From assembly GCA_035416785.1 (NCBI GenBank), contig DAOLNX010000004.1:1-57853 (forward strand): DNA of 57,853 nucleotides, read 5' to 3'. Origin of the DNA: Smithellaceae bacterium. GTDB lineage: Bacteria > Desulfobacterota > Syntrophia > Syntrophales > Smithellaceae. The notes beneath the pieces were generated by a model, which had not been told where the DNA came from, searched no databases, and saw only the letters and a program-made list of their open reading frames with translations. Every line of letters begins with the position of its first letter. Positions within the stretch are counted from its first letter, which is position 1. Of the stretch, positions 28,190 to 36,863 are shown piece by piece. Both the position numbers and the translations under genes were made by a program.

Positions 28190-28191
28190 TT

Positions 28192-29412
28192 CTACTTGAC
28201 TTTCTTTTTGGCCGCTGTAACTTTATGTTTTACGTGAATATTTTCTTTTTCTTGGACGGTATCCTTTGCCTGAGTCTTTTCAGGGATTTTTTTCGCGGCG
28301 GTAGTCGTCTTGTTTACGGTTTTCGTGGTTTTTTTCACGGCCGTCGTTGTTACCTTCTTTGCGGACGTTGTTTTTTTTACCTCGGTCGGCGCCGGTTTTG
28401 AGGGGGTTGTCTTCTTTTTGGCAGCTGTTGCCGGGCGTTGCGCTTTCGCCCTCGCCCCGGTTTTTTCCGGTATTTTTTCTTTTGCTTGGGGTGCATTTTT
28501 TGCCTGTTTTTTTGCCGTCAGCGTTTTTTCTTCGGTCATGGTTTTCTTGACGGTCGCCTTAGTCTTTGTCGCGGTTTTTTTCTCCGCCGTCGTGGCTTTC
28601 TCTGTTTTTGCTGTTTTCATCGTCATCACGGGTTTTTTGGCGGAAATGATTTTGGGGCTTCCCGCTTGCTTTTTTTCCGGCGGTTGCTGGTCCGGCACGC
28701 CCGTTTCCAGATCAATGCCGAAGATTGAGGATAATTGATCTTCCGCAATCATTTTTTCCCGCACATCCGCCGTCGTCCGGGTTTGCAGGGCAGCCGGAAC
28801 GTTCATTAGATCCTGATGGTTGACGCCGCGCAAATGAAACAGAAGTTCCGGTGTATGATCCAGTCTGGACCCGACGCCATAAAGAACGGCGGCGACATGC
28901 TTGCACATGAAGGCCCAATCCGGACAGGAACAACTGAACGTCATTTCCTGGGGCGAGGGAAAAAGCCCGGTTTTCTTTCGGGTGACCACTTCCATAATCG
29001 GCCCCGACAGGCGGCCTTTGAGCAAATCCACCAGCGAGGCGATTTTCCCGGCGCATTCACACTGGATGGATTTCCAGATGTCTTCAATCAGGGGCTTAAT
29101 GCTGATTTTCACGGAGTAAAGGTCGCTTCCGCTGACCAGGGCTTCCACCTGGCCTTCCCGAAGCTGAAGATCGATGACGGAGCCGTTGCGGACATAGGTT
29201 CTGCCACGCGGCAGACGATTGGCATAATCGCTGTAAGATTCCAGGTTGTCGCACCAGGCTTTTCCCCAGAAAGTTGCGGCAATGGTTTTTCCCGCGATCT
29301 GGACCGGCGAAATGGTCTGTCCTTTCTTTTTCATTTTCTCCACTTTTTGCATGGCTTTTCTGCGTCTTTCAGCCACCGGCACGTAAGGTGCCCATTGATA
29401 TCCCCAGCCCAT
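28192..29412 (-). CDS. SWIM zinc-finger protein with histone-H1-like Lys/Thr/Ala-rich C-terminal tail
   Basis: 406 aa. SWIM CxCx(n)CxH motif 'CSCPDWAFMCKH' (residues 161-172). Residues ~245-406 are K/T/A/P low complexity. It lies 32 nt downstream of the SNF2 gene. Confidence 0.75.
   Translation of the reverse strand: MGWGYQWAPYVPVAERRRKAMQKVEKMKKKGQTISPVQIAGKTIAATFWGKAWCDNLESYSDYANRLPRGRTYVRNGSVIDLQLREGQVEALVSGSDLYSVKISIKPLIEDIWKSIQCECAGKIASLVDLLKGRLSGPIMEVVTRKKTGLFPSPQEMTFSCSCPDWAFMCKHVAAVLYGVGSRLDHTPELLFHLRGVNHQDLMNVPAALQTRTTADVREKMIAEDQLSSIFGIDLETGVPDQQPPEKKQAGSPKIISAKKPVMTMKTAKTEKATTAEKKTATKTKATVKKTMTEEKTLTAKKQAKNAPQAKEKIPEKTGARAKAQRPATAAKKKTTPSKPAPTEVKKTTSAKKVTTTAVKKTTKTVNKTTTAAKKIPEKTQAKDTVQEKENIHVKHKVTAAKKKVK
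28195..28680 (-). other. low-complexity coding segment (H1-like basic tail) with internal repeat
   Basis: I count about 45 Lys in the last ~165 residues. The motif KEKIPEKTGA (res 311-320) recurs as AKKIPEKTQA (res 373-382). The DNA is a T/G-rich quasi-periodic run on the + strand. Confidence 0.7.
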
Positions 29413-29444
29413 TTACCTTATCCCCCTGTTATAATTTAATATTT

Positions 29445-32180
29445 TTACGAATCCAGTGCCCGCGACAAATCCAGGCTGACAAAATTCAACAGTTCATCAT
29501 CGGGCATTTCCGTCAGCAGCCGTTCGGCACCCTGCCCCAAAATGCTTTCCGCCAGCTCTTTTTTCTCTTCAATCAAAGCGTCAATTTTTTCTTCGACCGT
29601 GCCGCGACACACAAATTTATGCACCAGGATATTTTTGTGCTGGCCGATGCGATAGGCCCGATCGGTGGCCTGGTTTTCCACTGCCGGATTCCACCAGCGG
29701 TCAAAATGAATGACGTGGGACGCGGCGGTTAAATTCAATCCCACGCCTCCGGCTTTCAAAGAAAGAACAAAAAACGGCGGGCCTTCTTCACGCTGAAAAG
29801 AATTAATGAGCTCCAGACGTTTCTTAACAGGCGTCTCGCCGGTCAGGATCAGGCCCGGCTGGCCGAACACATCCGCCAGCGCTTCCGAAAGCGGCGCGGT
29901 GATTTCTCGAAACTGCGAAAAGATTAAAACTTTTTCCTGTTTGGCGGCAATTTCTTCGCAGATTTCCTTCAGACGACGGAACTTGCCGCTTTTGTTTTGA
30001 TCATAGTCCTGATCCCCCAGCCAGTGCGACGGATGATTACAGATTTGCTTAAAGCGCATCAGATAGCTCAACACTAGTCCCCGCCGGGCGATGCCGTCTT
30101 CCGCTTCTTGTAATTGACGTGCCAGTTCCTGAACCGATTGTTCATACAGAGCGGCCTGGATTTTCGTCAGAGGGCAAAAGGCCCGCACTTCCACTTTGTC
30201 CGGAAGATCTGCAATGATGCGCTTGTCCGTTTTCATCCTTCGTAAAATATAGGGACGGACCAGCGAGCGCAGTCCGGCATAGGATTGATCGCCGTTTTCC
30301 GAAGATTTTTTTACGTAACGGCTGAAAACCGTTGATGAGCCCAGAAGTCCGGGAGACAGAAAATCAAACAGAGACCAGAGGTCTCCCAGGCGGTTTTCCA
30401 CCGGCGTGCCGGATAAAATGATGCGGTTTTTTCCAGAAAGCGCTTTGACGGCCCTGGTTTGCCGGGTTGATGGATTTTTAATAGCCTGCGCTTCATCCAG
30501 AATGATCAGCGACCAGGTTTCCTTTTCAAACCAGCTCTGTCGTTGCAAAAGAGAATAGGTTGTGATGATCAAATCCTTGCCGTTCAGTCTGGCCGCGCGA
30601 TCTTGCGGATGGGCAAGTTTGGCCAGTTCGGCGGCTGGTGTCTCCGACGTATGGGCCAGAAAAACCGAAAGAGATGGCGCAAAACGAAGAATTTCCTGCT
30701 TCCAGTTGGCCAGAAGCGATGCGGGAACCACCAGCAGAGAAGGAGCCGGGATGGATTGGGAAGATCGTTTTTCTTTCTGGAGCAAAAGCAACAGGGCCAG
30801 AATCTGGATGGTTTTTCCCAGACCCATGTCGTCGGCCAGGCAGGCGCCGATGCCCAGACGGTTCATAAACCACAGCCAGTTGACCCCTGTCTGCTGATAA
30901 GGCCGCAAAGGAGTTTTAAGCAAATCACCGGGATGGGCATCCGCCACTTTTTCCGGAGAACGAAGCTCGGCAAGAATTTTTGCCAGCCATTTTCCCGCCC
31001 GCACATCCAGCCATTCGCGGCGATCATCCTCAAACGCCTGAGCGTCCTTTGGCAAGATGCCCGCGCCGGAAAGAATCTGCATTCCCCTCGCCAGAGAAAT
31101 TCCCTGACGGAAATCCTCGTGGGCCATTTTTTCCCACGTGGCAAGAACATCCGCCAGCTTGTCCCGATCCACTTCCACCCATTTTCCCCGGATTTGCACC
31201 AGGCCTGAGGAACTTTCCTGGATCAAACGCCATTCTTCCCGGGTCAATTCCTCTCCATCCAAGGAAAGTTGCACGGAAAAATCCATCAGCGCATCCAGGC
31301 CCAGCCCCTGTCCTTTTCTGCCGCCCAGCGAAACGCTGACTTTCGGACGAGCCGGACGGCCCCCTTGAGCGCGCCACCAGTCGGGAATGCGCACCAGAAT
31401 GCCGGACGATTCAATCAACGGAATATCCTTGAGAAAACGATGGGTTTCCGAAGGTGTCCACGCCACGGGATGAAATATTTCTCCGCTTTCCACCAGCGAG
31501 CCAATCAGATTGCTCTGCTGAGCCGCCCGTTTGAGCGGCGTTAAAAGATTCAGCAGGCCCTGTCTGTCTTTTTGTCCGGAAAATTCGGCCAGCGCTTTTC
31601 CCAGAGGCAAATGCTGGGGTTTAGCCATGCCGGATAAACGGGTGGTGTAAGTGACCAAAAAGGCAAAGGGGCGCTCTTCATTCCGTCGGTTTTCCGCCAG
31701 ATGAAAGATCACTTTGCCCACCATGTTCCAGAGCGGATTTCTTTTTTTTAAAAAGGATAGAACCTCCCCGGTATCCTGTTTGATTTCACTTTGCGTATGC
31801 TGATCCAGACCTTCCCAGAGAGCGGCCAGCGCATCGGCGTTCAGATACTCAAAACCCTGCATGGGCGGACAGGTATCCGCCAGCCTCTCCAGTTCCTCGC
31901 GCACAGGGGGCGGCACGGCCATCAGCTTCTGCGCCTCCAGTCCGGCGCTTTGGCAGAGTTTGGTCAGATAAAGCCTGGCAAAGTTCCGCCAGAAAGAAAA
32001 AAGCGAAGGCAGAGGCGTTTCCAGTTCTACAGTCGCCAGATGGAGCAGGCCCGCCTGGCCATGGCCGGAAAAGGCCTGCTCAAGGCGCGCGGCCACTTCC
32101 GCGGAGAGAGCAGCGTTGTCGACGCCCGGATGATACACAAGATGTCCGGAAGGATTTAGGGAAAGGGCGGGAAAAGTCAT
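29445..32180 (-). CDS. SNF2-family ATPase/helicase with N-terminal SNF2-associated domain
   Basis: 911 aa. Motif I 'ADDMGLGKT', motif II 'LIILDEAQAIKN', 'LSGTPVENRLGDLWSLFDF', helicase-C 'KVLIFSQF...' and 'QATDRAYRIGQ'. The N-terminal ~400 aa ('FHLAEN...PFAFLVTY') resembles the DUF3670-type domain. Confidence 0.85.
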   Translation of the reverse strand: MTFPALSLNPSGHLVYHPGVDNAALSAEVAARLEQAFSGHGQAGLLHLATVELETPLPSLFSFWRNFARLYLTKLCQSAGLEAQKLMAVPPPVREELERLADTCPPMQGFEYLNADALAALWEGLDQHTQSEIKQDTGEVLSFLKKRNPLWNMVGKVIFHLAENRRNEERPFAFLVTYTTRLSGMAKPQHLPLGKALAEFSGQKDRQGLLNLLTPLKRAAQQSNLIGSLVESGEIFHPVAWTPSETHRFLKDIPLIESSGILVRIPDWWRAQGGRPARPKVSVSLGGRKGQGLGLDALMDFSVQLSLDGEELTREEWRLIQESSSGLVQIRGKWVEVDRDKLADVLATWEKMAHEDFRQGISLARGMQILSGAGILPKDAQAFEDDRREWLDVRAGKWLAKILAELRSPEKVADAHPGDLLKTPLRPYQQTGVNWLWFMNRLGIGACLADDMGLGKTIQILALLLLLQKEKRSSQSIPAPSLLVVPASLLANWKQEILRFAPSLSVFLAHTSETPAAELAKLAHPQDRAARLNGKDLIITTYSLLQRQSWFEKETWSLIILDEAQAIKNPSTRQTRAVKALSGKNRIILSGTPVENRLGDLWSLFDFLSPGLLGSSTVFSRYVKKSSENGDQSYAGLRSLVRPYILRRMKTDKRIIADLPDKVEVRAFCPLTKIQAALYEQSVQELARQLQEAEDGIARRGLVLSYLMRFKQICNHPSHWLGDQDYDQNKSGKFRRLKEICEEIAAKQEKVLIFSQFREITAPLSEALADVFGQPGLILTGETPVKKRLELINSFQREEGPPFFVLSLKAGGVGLNLTAASHVIHFDRWWNPAVENQATDRAYRIGQHKNILVHKFVCRGTVEEKIDALIEEKKELAESILGQGAERLLTEMPDDELLNFVSLDLSRALDS

Positions 32181-32290
32181 ATTTTATGCTCGGCAAGCAG
32201 AACCTTAATAACAAAGTTATCATATCACACCCCTTTGGGCATTGCAAAATTTGTCTTGCCCATCGGCAATATTCAGTATATTTTTTATAC

Positions 32291-33661
32291 ATGAGTAAAA
32301 ACATCTTACTGATTAATCCCTGGATTTATGATTTTGCGGCTTATGATTTCTGGATGAAACCTTTGGGGCTTCTGTATCTGGGAGGTCTTTTACGCTCCCA
32401 AGGTCATCGTGTTTCCTACATGGATTGCCTGAATCCCTATTCACCGCAAATGATTCAAAGAAAAGGAAAGTCCCCGAAAAGGCATCCCTACGGTCATGGC
32501 GGTTTCTTCCGAACGATCATCGAAAAACCTGCTTGCCTTCATTTTCTGCCTCGCAGCTATTGCCGGTACGGTATTGATCCGGACATTTTTCGACAAATGC
32601 TCAATCACTTTGAAGAGGTAGACCTTGTTTTGGTAACGTCCATGATGACCTACTGGTATCCCGGTGTTTTTGAAGCCATCAAAATTGTTAAAGAAAATCT
32701 TCCAGGTGTACCGGTGGCGCTGGGCGGAAAATACGCTTCGCTTTGTTATGACCATGCTGCGGCTTTTTCCGGAGCCGATTATGTCATTTCTGGACCGGGC
32801 GAAAAACCTGTCCTGAATTTATTAAGGGATCTGTTTCATGAAGATGCTGCAAGGATCTATGATGAAACGAATCTTGATAGTCTGCCCTACCCTGCTTTTG
32901 ATTTGCAGGAGCAAATCGATCAGATTGCGCTTCTTACCTCCCAGGGTTGCCCCTATCGTTGCAGTTATTGTTCCTCGCCATTGTTTTATAAAAAATTTCT
33001 ACGGCGAAATCCCCTACTGGTCGCTGATGAAATTGAATTCTGGCAAAAAAATTTTGGCGTGACGGATTTCAGTTTTTATGATGACGCGCTTTTAGTGGAT
33101 GCGGAAAACCATCTGGTTCCAATGCTTTCTGAAGTCAAAAAAAGGATACTCTCCTGCCGGTTTCACTGTCCCAATGGATTGCATCTTCGGTCTATGGATG
33201 CAAATTTAAGCCGAATCCTTTACGATTCAGGTTTTCAGACGATTCGTTTCGGTTTTGAAACGGCCAATTTTCAACAGCAAAGGGAGACGGGAGGCAAGGT
33301 AAGGAACGAGGACCTCCGACAGGCGGTTCGACACCTGAAAAACGCTGGCTATGCCACGGAAGATATTGGTATCTATCTCTTATGCGGCATTCCAGGGCAG
33401 AAAGCCGCGGATGTTATCGATAGCATTGAATTTGTTCAGGAATGTGGAGCTAAACCTGTGCTGGCCGAATATTCACCCATTCCCGGCACAAAAATGTGGA
33501 ACGATGCGGTAGCCACTTCCCCATTTGACATTCAGCACGAACCCCTATATCATAACAACTCGCTTTTATGCTGTCGCAATGATGATTTCAGTTACGAGAT
33601 TTACAGCAGCCTGAAAGCCAAGCTCAAAATGAAAAAGAAAGTCAGGGAACCGTCGCTATGA
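32291..33661 (+). CDS. B12-binding-domain radical SAM protein
   Basis: 'MSKNILLINPW...' Rossmann-like B12-type N-terminus and the radical SAM 'CPYRCSYC' motif. ATG 32291 is preferred over track start 32186, but I see no clear SD. Confidence 0.75.
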   Translation: MSKNILLINPWIYDFAAYDFWMKPLGLLYLGGLLRSQGHRVSYMDCLNPYSPQMIQRKGKSPKRHPYGHGGFFRTIIEKPACLHFLPRSYCRYGIDPDIFRQMLNHFEEVDLVLVTSMMTYWYPGVFEAIKIVKENLPGVPVALGGKYASLCYDHAAAFSGADYVISGPGEKPVLNLLRDLFHEDAARIYDETNLDSLPYPAFDLQEQIDQIALLTSQGCPYRCSYCSSPLFYKKFLRRNPLLVADEIEFWQKNFGVTDFSFYDDALLVDAENHLVPMLSEVKKRILSCRFHCPNGLHLRSMDANLSRILYDSGFQTIRFGFETANFQQQRETGGKVRNEDLRQAVRHLKNAGYATEDIGIYLLCGIPGQKAADVIDSIEFVQECGAKPVLAEYSPIPGTKMWNDAVATSPFDIQHEPLYHNNSLLCCRNDDFSYEIYSSLKAKLKMKKKVREPSL

Positions 33662-33903
33662 ACGGACGCAATGCTTTCAAGTATATCTTTATTCTTTTGT
33701 TATCGATGTTTTTTTTCATCTTTGGTATGGATATTCTCATACGTTCTTTTAAAATGACCAATCCTCTGGAATTTGTCATGACACTCTTTTCCGCTTCTTT
33801 TATTATTTTATTTTCCGCCGTAGGTGTTCTTTACGTTTACTTTCGCTTTTTCCGAAATAAATCCGATGAGGCAAATAAGAGGGAAGATGCAGATATCATC
33901 TAA
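33658..33903 (+). CDS. small two-TM membrane protein
   Basis: 81-aa ORF. Its ATG overlaps the radical SAM stop (ATGA). Two hydrophobic segments and a charged C-terminus. Confidence 0.4.
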   Translation: MNGRNAFKYIFILLLSMFFFIFGMDILIRSFKMTNPLEFVMTLFSASFIILFSAVGVLYVYFRFFRNKSDEANKREDADII

Positions 33904-35422
33904 TATTTACCGTCCGTTAACCGCCGGGTTATTGCTTTTAGCTTTATCCTTCTGTGCCGAAGCGATGGATCTGGAAAAAAAGGTGATGAAAGCCAAACTG
34001 GATAATGGCCTGACGGTTCTGATGCTGGAGCGTAAATTCAGTCCAACCGTTTCTCTGTTTATCCGCTACCGGGTAGGAGCGGTGGACGAGATCCCGGGAC
34101 AAACCGGTGCCGCCCATTTTTTGGAGCATATGATGTTCAAAGGCACGCCGACCATTGGTACCAAAAATTACCCAGCGGAAAAGAAACTGCTGACATTGAT
34201 TGAGAAAACCGGTATGACGCTGGATCAAGAAAAAAAGAAAAAAGAAAAAGCCGACTCCAAAAAATTGAATCAGCTCGCCGCCCGGCTAAAAAAACTTCAA
34301 TCCAGACACAGGCAATATTTTGTTGCCAATGAAATCGACCGTCTTTATACAGAAAATGGAGGCTTGGATATGAACGCCTCCACCGGACAGGATGTCACCA
34401 CGTATTTTGTCAATCTTCCCGCCAATAAAATTGAACTTTGGGCGCGCATGGAAGCCGACCGCCTGATCAATCCTGTTTTCCGTGATTTTTACACGGAAAG
34501 AGATGTGATTCTTGAAGAGAGACGGCAGCGTACGGAAGTCAGTCCGGACGGAAAACTCTACGAATCCTTTATGAATGCAGCTTATGCGGTTCATCCGTAT
34601 GGAAGGCCGATCATCGGACTGAAAGAGGACATCTCTTCCATGAGTCCGTCTGCCATCCGACTGATTCATGAAAAGTATTTATTGCCGGAAAACATTATTA
34701 TCGCTGTGGTGGGGGATATCGTTCCAAAAGCAACGCTGGAAATGATCAACCGCTATTTCGGAAAAATTTCCCGTCCTTCCGCCGCCTCCTCCGGTTTGCG
34801 GGCAAATGAGGCGTCTCCTGTGGAACCACCCCAAAACACAGAACGAAAAGTCGAGGTGTTTTTTGATGCCAATCCATCATTAATCATCGGTTATCACAAG
34901 CCTACCGCTCCCTCTTACGAGGACTATGTTTTTGATGTTCTGGAAACGATTTTAGGAAAGGGAAGAACCAGCCGCCTATATTCTCAACTGGTTCTGAAAA
35001 ATCAGATCGCGGAAAGCGTTAGTGTTGCCAACGGTTTGCCCGGATCGCGCTATTCCAATCTGTTTATGGTTTTTGCCAAACCTCGCCATCCGCACACCAA
35101 CGAGGAAATTATGAACGCAATTTTCAAAGAACTGGAAAGCATCAAGACTTCTCCCGTGACGGAGGAAGAACTGGTCAAGGCGAAAAAGCAAATAAAAATG
35201 GAATATATCAAAAGCCTGGATTCCAATTCCGAGCTGGCGTCCATTCTTTCATACTATGAACTTCTGATGGGAGATTACCGGTATTTTTCCAATTATCTTT
35301 CCGAAATTGAAAAAGTGACAGCCGGAGATATTTCCGCCGCCGCCCGAAAATATCTGGATGTCCAAAACAGAACGGTTGCATTTTTAAACAAAAAATCCAA
35401 AGAGAACAAAGATCATCCATGA
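33887..35422 (+). CDS. M16 (pitrilysin/insulinase) family peptidase, active subunit
   Basis: Signal peptide 'LLLLALSFCAEA', inverted zinc motif 'HFLEHMMFKGT', and a downstream 'EE' region. ATG 33887 has an AGAGGGAAG SD. Confidence 0.8.
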   Translation: MQISSNIYRPLTAGLLLLALSFCAEAMDLEKKVMKAKLDNGLTVLMLERKFSPTVSLFIRYRVGAVDEIPGQTGAAHFLEHMMFKGTPTIGTKNYPAEKKLLTLIEKTGMTLDQEKKKKEKADSKKLNQLAARLKKLQSRHRQYFVANEIDRLYTENGGLDMNASTGQDVTTYFVNLPANKIELWARMEADRLINPVFRDFYTERDVILEERRQRTEVSPDGKLYESFMNAAYAVHPYGRPIIGLKEDISSMSPSAIRLIHEKYLLPENIIIAVVGDIVPKATLEMINRYFGKISRPSAASSGLRANEASPVEPPQNTERKVEVFFDANPSLIIGYHKPTAPSYEDYVFDVLETILGKGRTSRLYSQLVLKNQIAESVSVANGLPGSRYSNLFMVFAKPRHPHTNEEIMNAIFKELESIKTSPVTEEELVKAKKQIKMEYIKSLDSNSELASILSYYELLMGDYRYFSNYLSEIEKVTAGDISAAARKYLDVQNRTVAFLNKKSKENKDHP

Positions 35423-36849
35423 GAAATAAACTTCTTCCGTCGTCCTTTTCCGGCTTGCTTCTGATTCTTTTGGGGGTGTTTTTTTCGGTTCAGGCCTTTG
35501 CCTTTCAGAATTTTCCGCCTCCCGACAAAATGACCTTCCCCCGGTTGGAATTCCATATTCCCCAGGCGGAAAAAATCCTCCTGGAAAATGGTATGGTTTT
35601 GTTTTTTCTGGAAGATCGTGAATTACCTCTGATTTCTATTTCTGCTATGCTGTATTCCGGTTCGATGTATGATCCTCCGGGTAAGGAAGGCTTGGCGGAA
35701 CTGACCGCCTCGGTGATGCGCACCGGCGGCACGTCCAAATTATCCAGTTCAGAAGTTGATCGGCGGCTTGATTTTCTTGCCGCCTCTCCATCCATTTCCA
35801 TGTCGCTGGATGCGGCTTCCGTTCATTTTTCTTTCCTGAAAACCGATCTGGCTCACTGCATGGATCTTCTTTCCCAAATGATCCGAACGCCTGCGTTTGA
35901 ACAGGAAAAGCTCGATCTGGCGATTTCTCTTCAACAGGAAGACCTGCGCAGAATTGCCGATCATCCTCAACGTTTGGCCTTTCGGGAGTTCAACCGCCTG
36001 CTGTATCCCAATGACCCCCGCGGACGCTACGTAACGTCGGATTCTTTGAAAAAAATTGACCGAAGCGATCTCATCCGATTTCATGAAGATTTTTTTTACC
36101 CGGCCAATATGCTGTTCTCCGTGTCCGGGAATCTTTCCAGAGAAGAGGCTATTCGGATGATGAATCAATACTTCGGTGACTGGCAAAGCGACCGCCGGAG
36201 AAGAACGATTGCTCCCGCCCCGAAAGAAACAGGTCATGGTGTCTTTCTGATTCAGAAACCACTGCCGCAATCCACGGTGATTACCGGTCATATGACTGTC
36301 AGCAAGAAAGATAACGATTATTATGCTTTTTCCCTTCTTGATTTCATTATCGGCAGCGGAGGGTTCAATTCCCGGATTTTCAGCGCCGTGCGCAATAATG
36401 AAGGTCTGGCCTATAGCGCGGGAAGTTTTTACCGGGCTCGTCCTACTTATGGTGTTTTTGGCGCTTATGCATTCACCAAGACGGAATCAACGGCACAGGC
36501 GCTCCATTTGATCAATGCCATTTTCAAGGACGTTGCATCCGGTTCAATCACGCAAAACGAGCTGGATTGGTCCAAGAAATCCACGGTGAACAGCTTTCTA
36601 TTTTCGTTTGAAAAACCGGAAAACGTTGTTTCACTGCAAATGACCATGGATTTTGAGAATCTATCGGCTGATTTTCTTTCCGGATACAGGGAAAGAATTG
36701 AAAAAACGACGCGCGAGGATCTGCGGCGAGCCGGCGCCAGACATCTGAAAGGAAAGAAAACATTGACGGTCATTGTCGGCGACGCTGATCGATTTGGTCA
36801 TCTGCCGGAAACGGTGATGCAGCCTGTTTTGATTTCACCAAAACCGTAA
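35419..36849 (+). CDS. M16 family peptidase-like protein, HxxEH-less (non-catalytic partner)
   Basis: 476 aa with a signal peptide. 'LAELTASVMRTGGT' replaces HxxEH. ATGA overlap with the upstream M16 gene. Confidence 0.75.
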   Translation: MRNKLLPSSFSGLLLILLGVFFSVQAFAFQNFPPPDKMTFPRLEFHIPQAEKILLENGMVLFFLEDRELPLISISAMLYSGSMYDPPGKEGLAELTASVMRTGGTSKLSSSEVDRRLDFLAASPSISMSLDAASVHFSFLKTDLAHCMDLLSQMIRTPAFEQEKLDLAISLQQEDLRRIADHPQRLAFREFNRLLYPNDPRGRYVTSDSLKKIDRSDLIRFHEDFFYPANMLFSVSGNLSREEAIRMMNQYFGDWQSDRRRRTIAPAPKETGHGVFLIQKPLPQSTVITGHMTVSKKDNDYYAFSLLDFIIGSGGFNSRIFSAVRNNEGLAYSAGSFYRARPTYGVFGAYAFTKTESTAQALHLINAIFKDVASGSITQNELDWSKKSTVNSFLFSFEKPENVVSLQMTMDFENLSADFLSGYRERIEKTTREDLRRAGARHLKGKKTLTVIVGDADRFGHLPETVMQPVLISPKP

Positions 36850-36863
36850 AATGAGGTTTGTCC

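Noticed and set aside
27949-28191. An 80-codon open frame continues in-frame after the TAG stop of the SWIM gene (…ELSETAKDFAEVLRIRVDRILMENSYPCIKCNINFQ…).
   Set aside because: There is no ATG, GTG or TTG with a Shine-Dalgarno near its beginning. The only ATG leaves 25 codons. Nothing supports TAG read-through, and the stem-loop at 28161-28189 lies inside it. Most likely this is chance or a decayed remnant.
28195-28700. A quasi-periodic T/G-rich DNA repeat that could be taken for a tandem repeat or a CRISPR-like array.
   Set aside because: It sits inside a continuous ORF and encodes the Lys/Thr/Ala tail. There are no exact direct repeats with unique spacers, so it is low-complexity coding sequence rather than an array.
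32186-32290. A 35-codon N-terminal extension of the radical SAM ORF from ATG 32186.
   Set aside because: The extension (MLGKQNLNNKVIISHPFGHCKICLAHRQYSVYFLY) is unlike B12-rSAM N-termini, which typically begin near '(M)..ILLINP'. It would also place the start 6 nt from the divergent SNF2 start. It is kept only as an alternative, because ATG 32291 lacks an SD.
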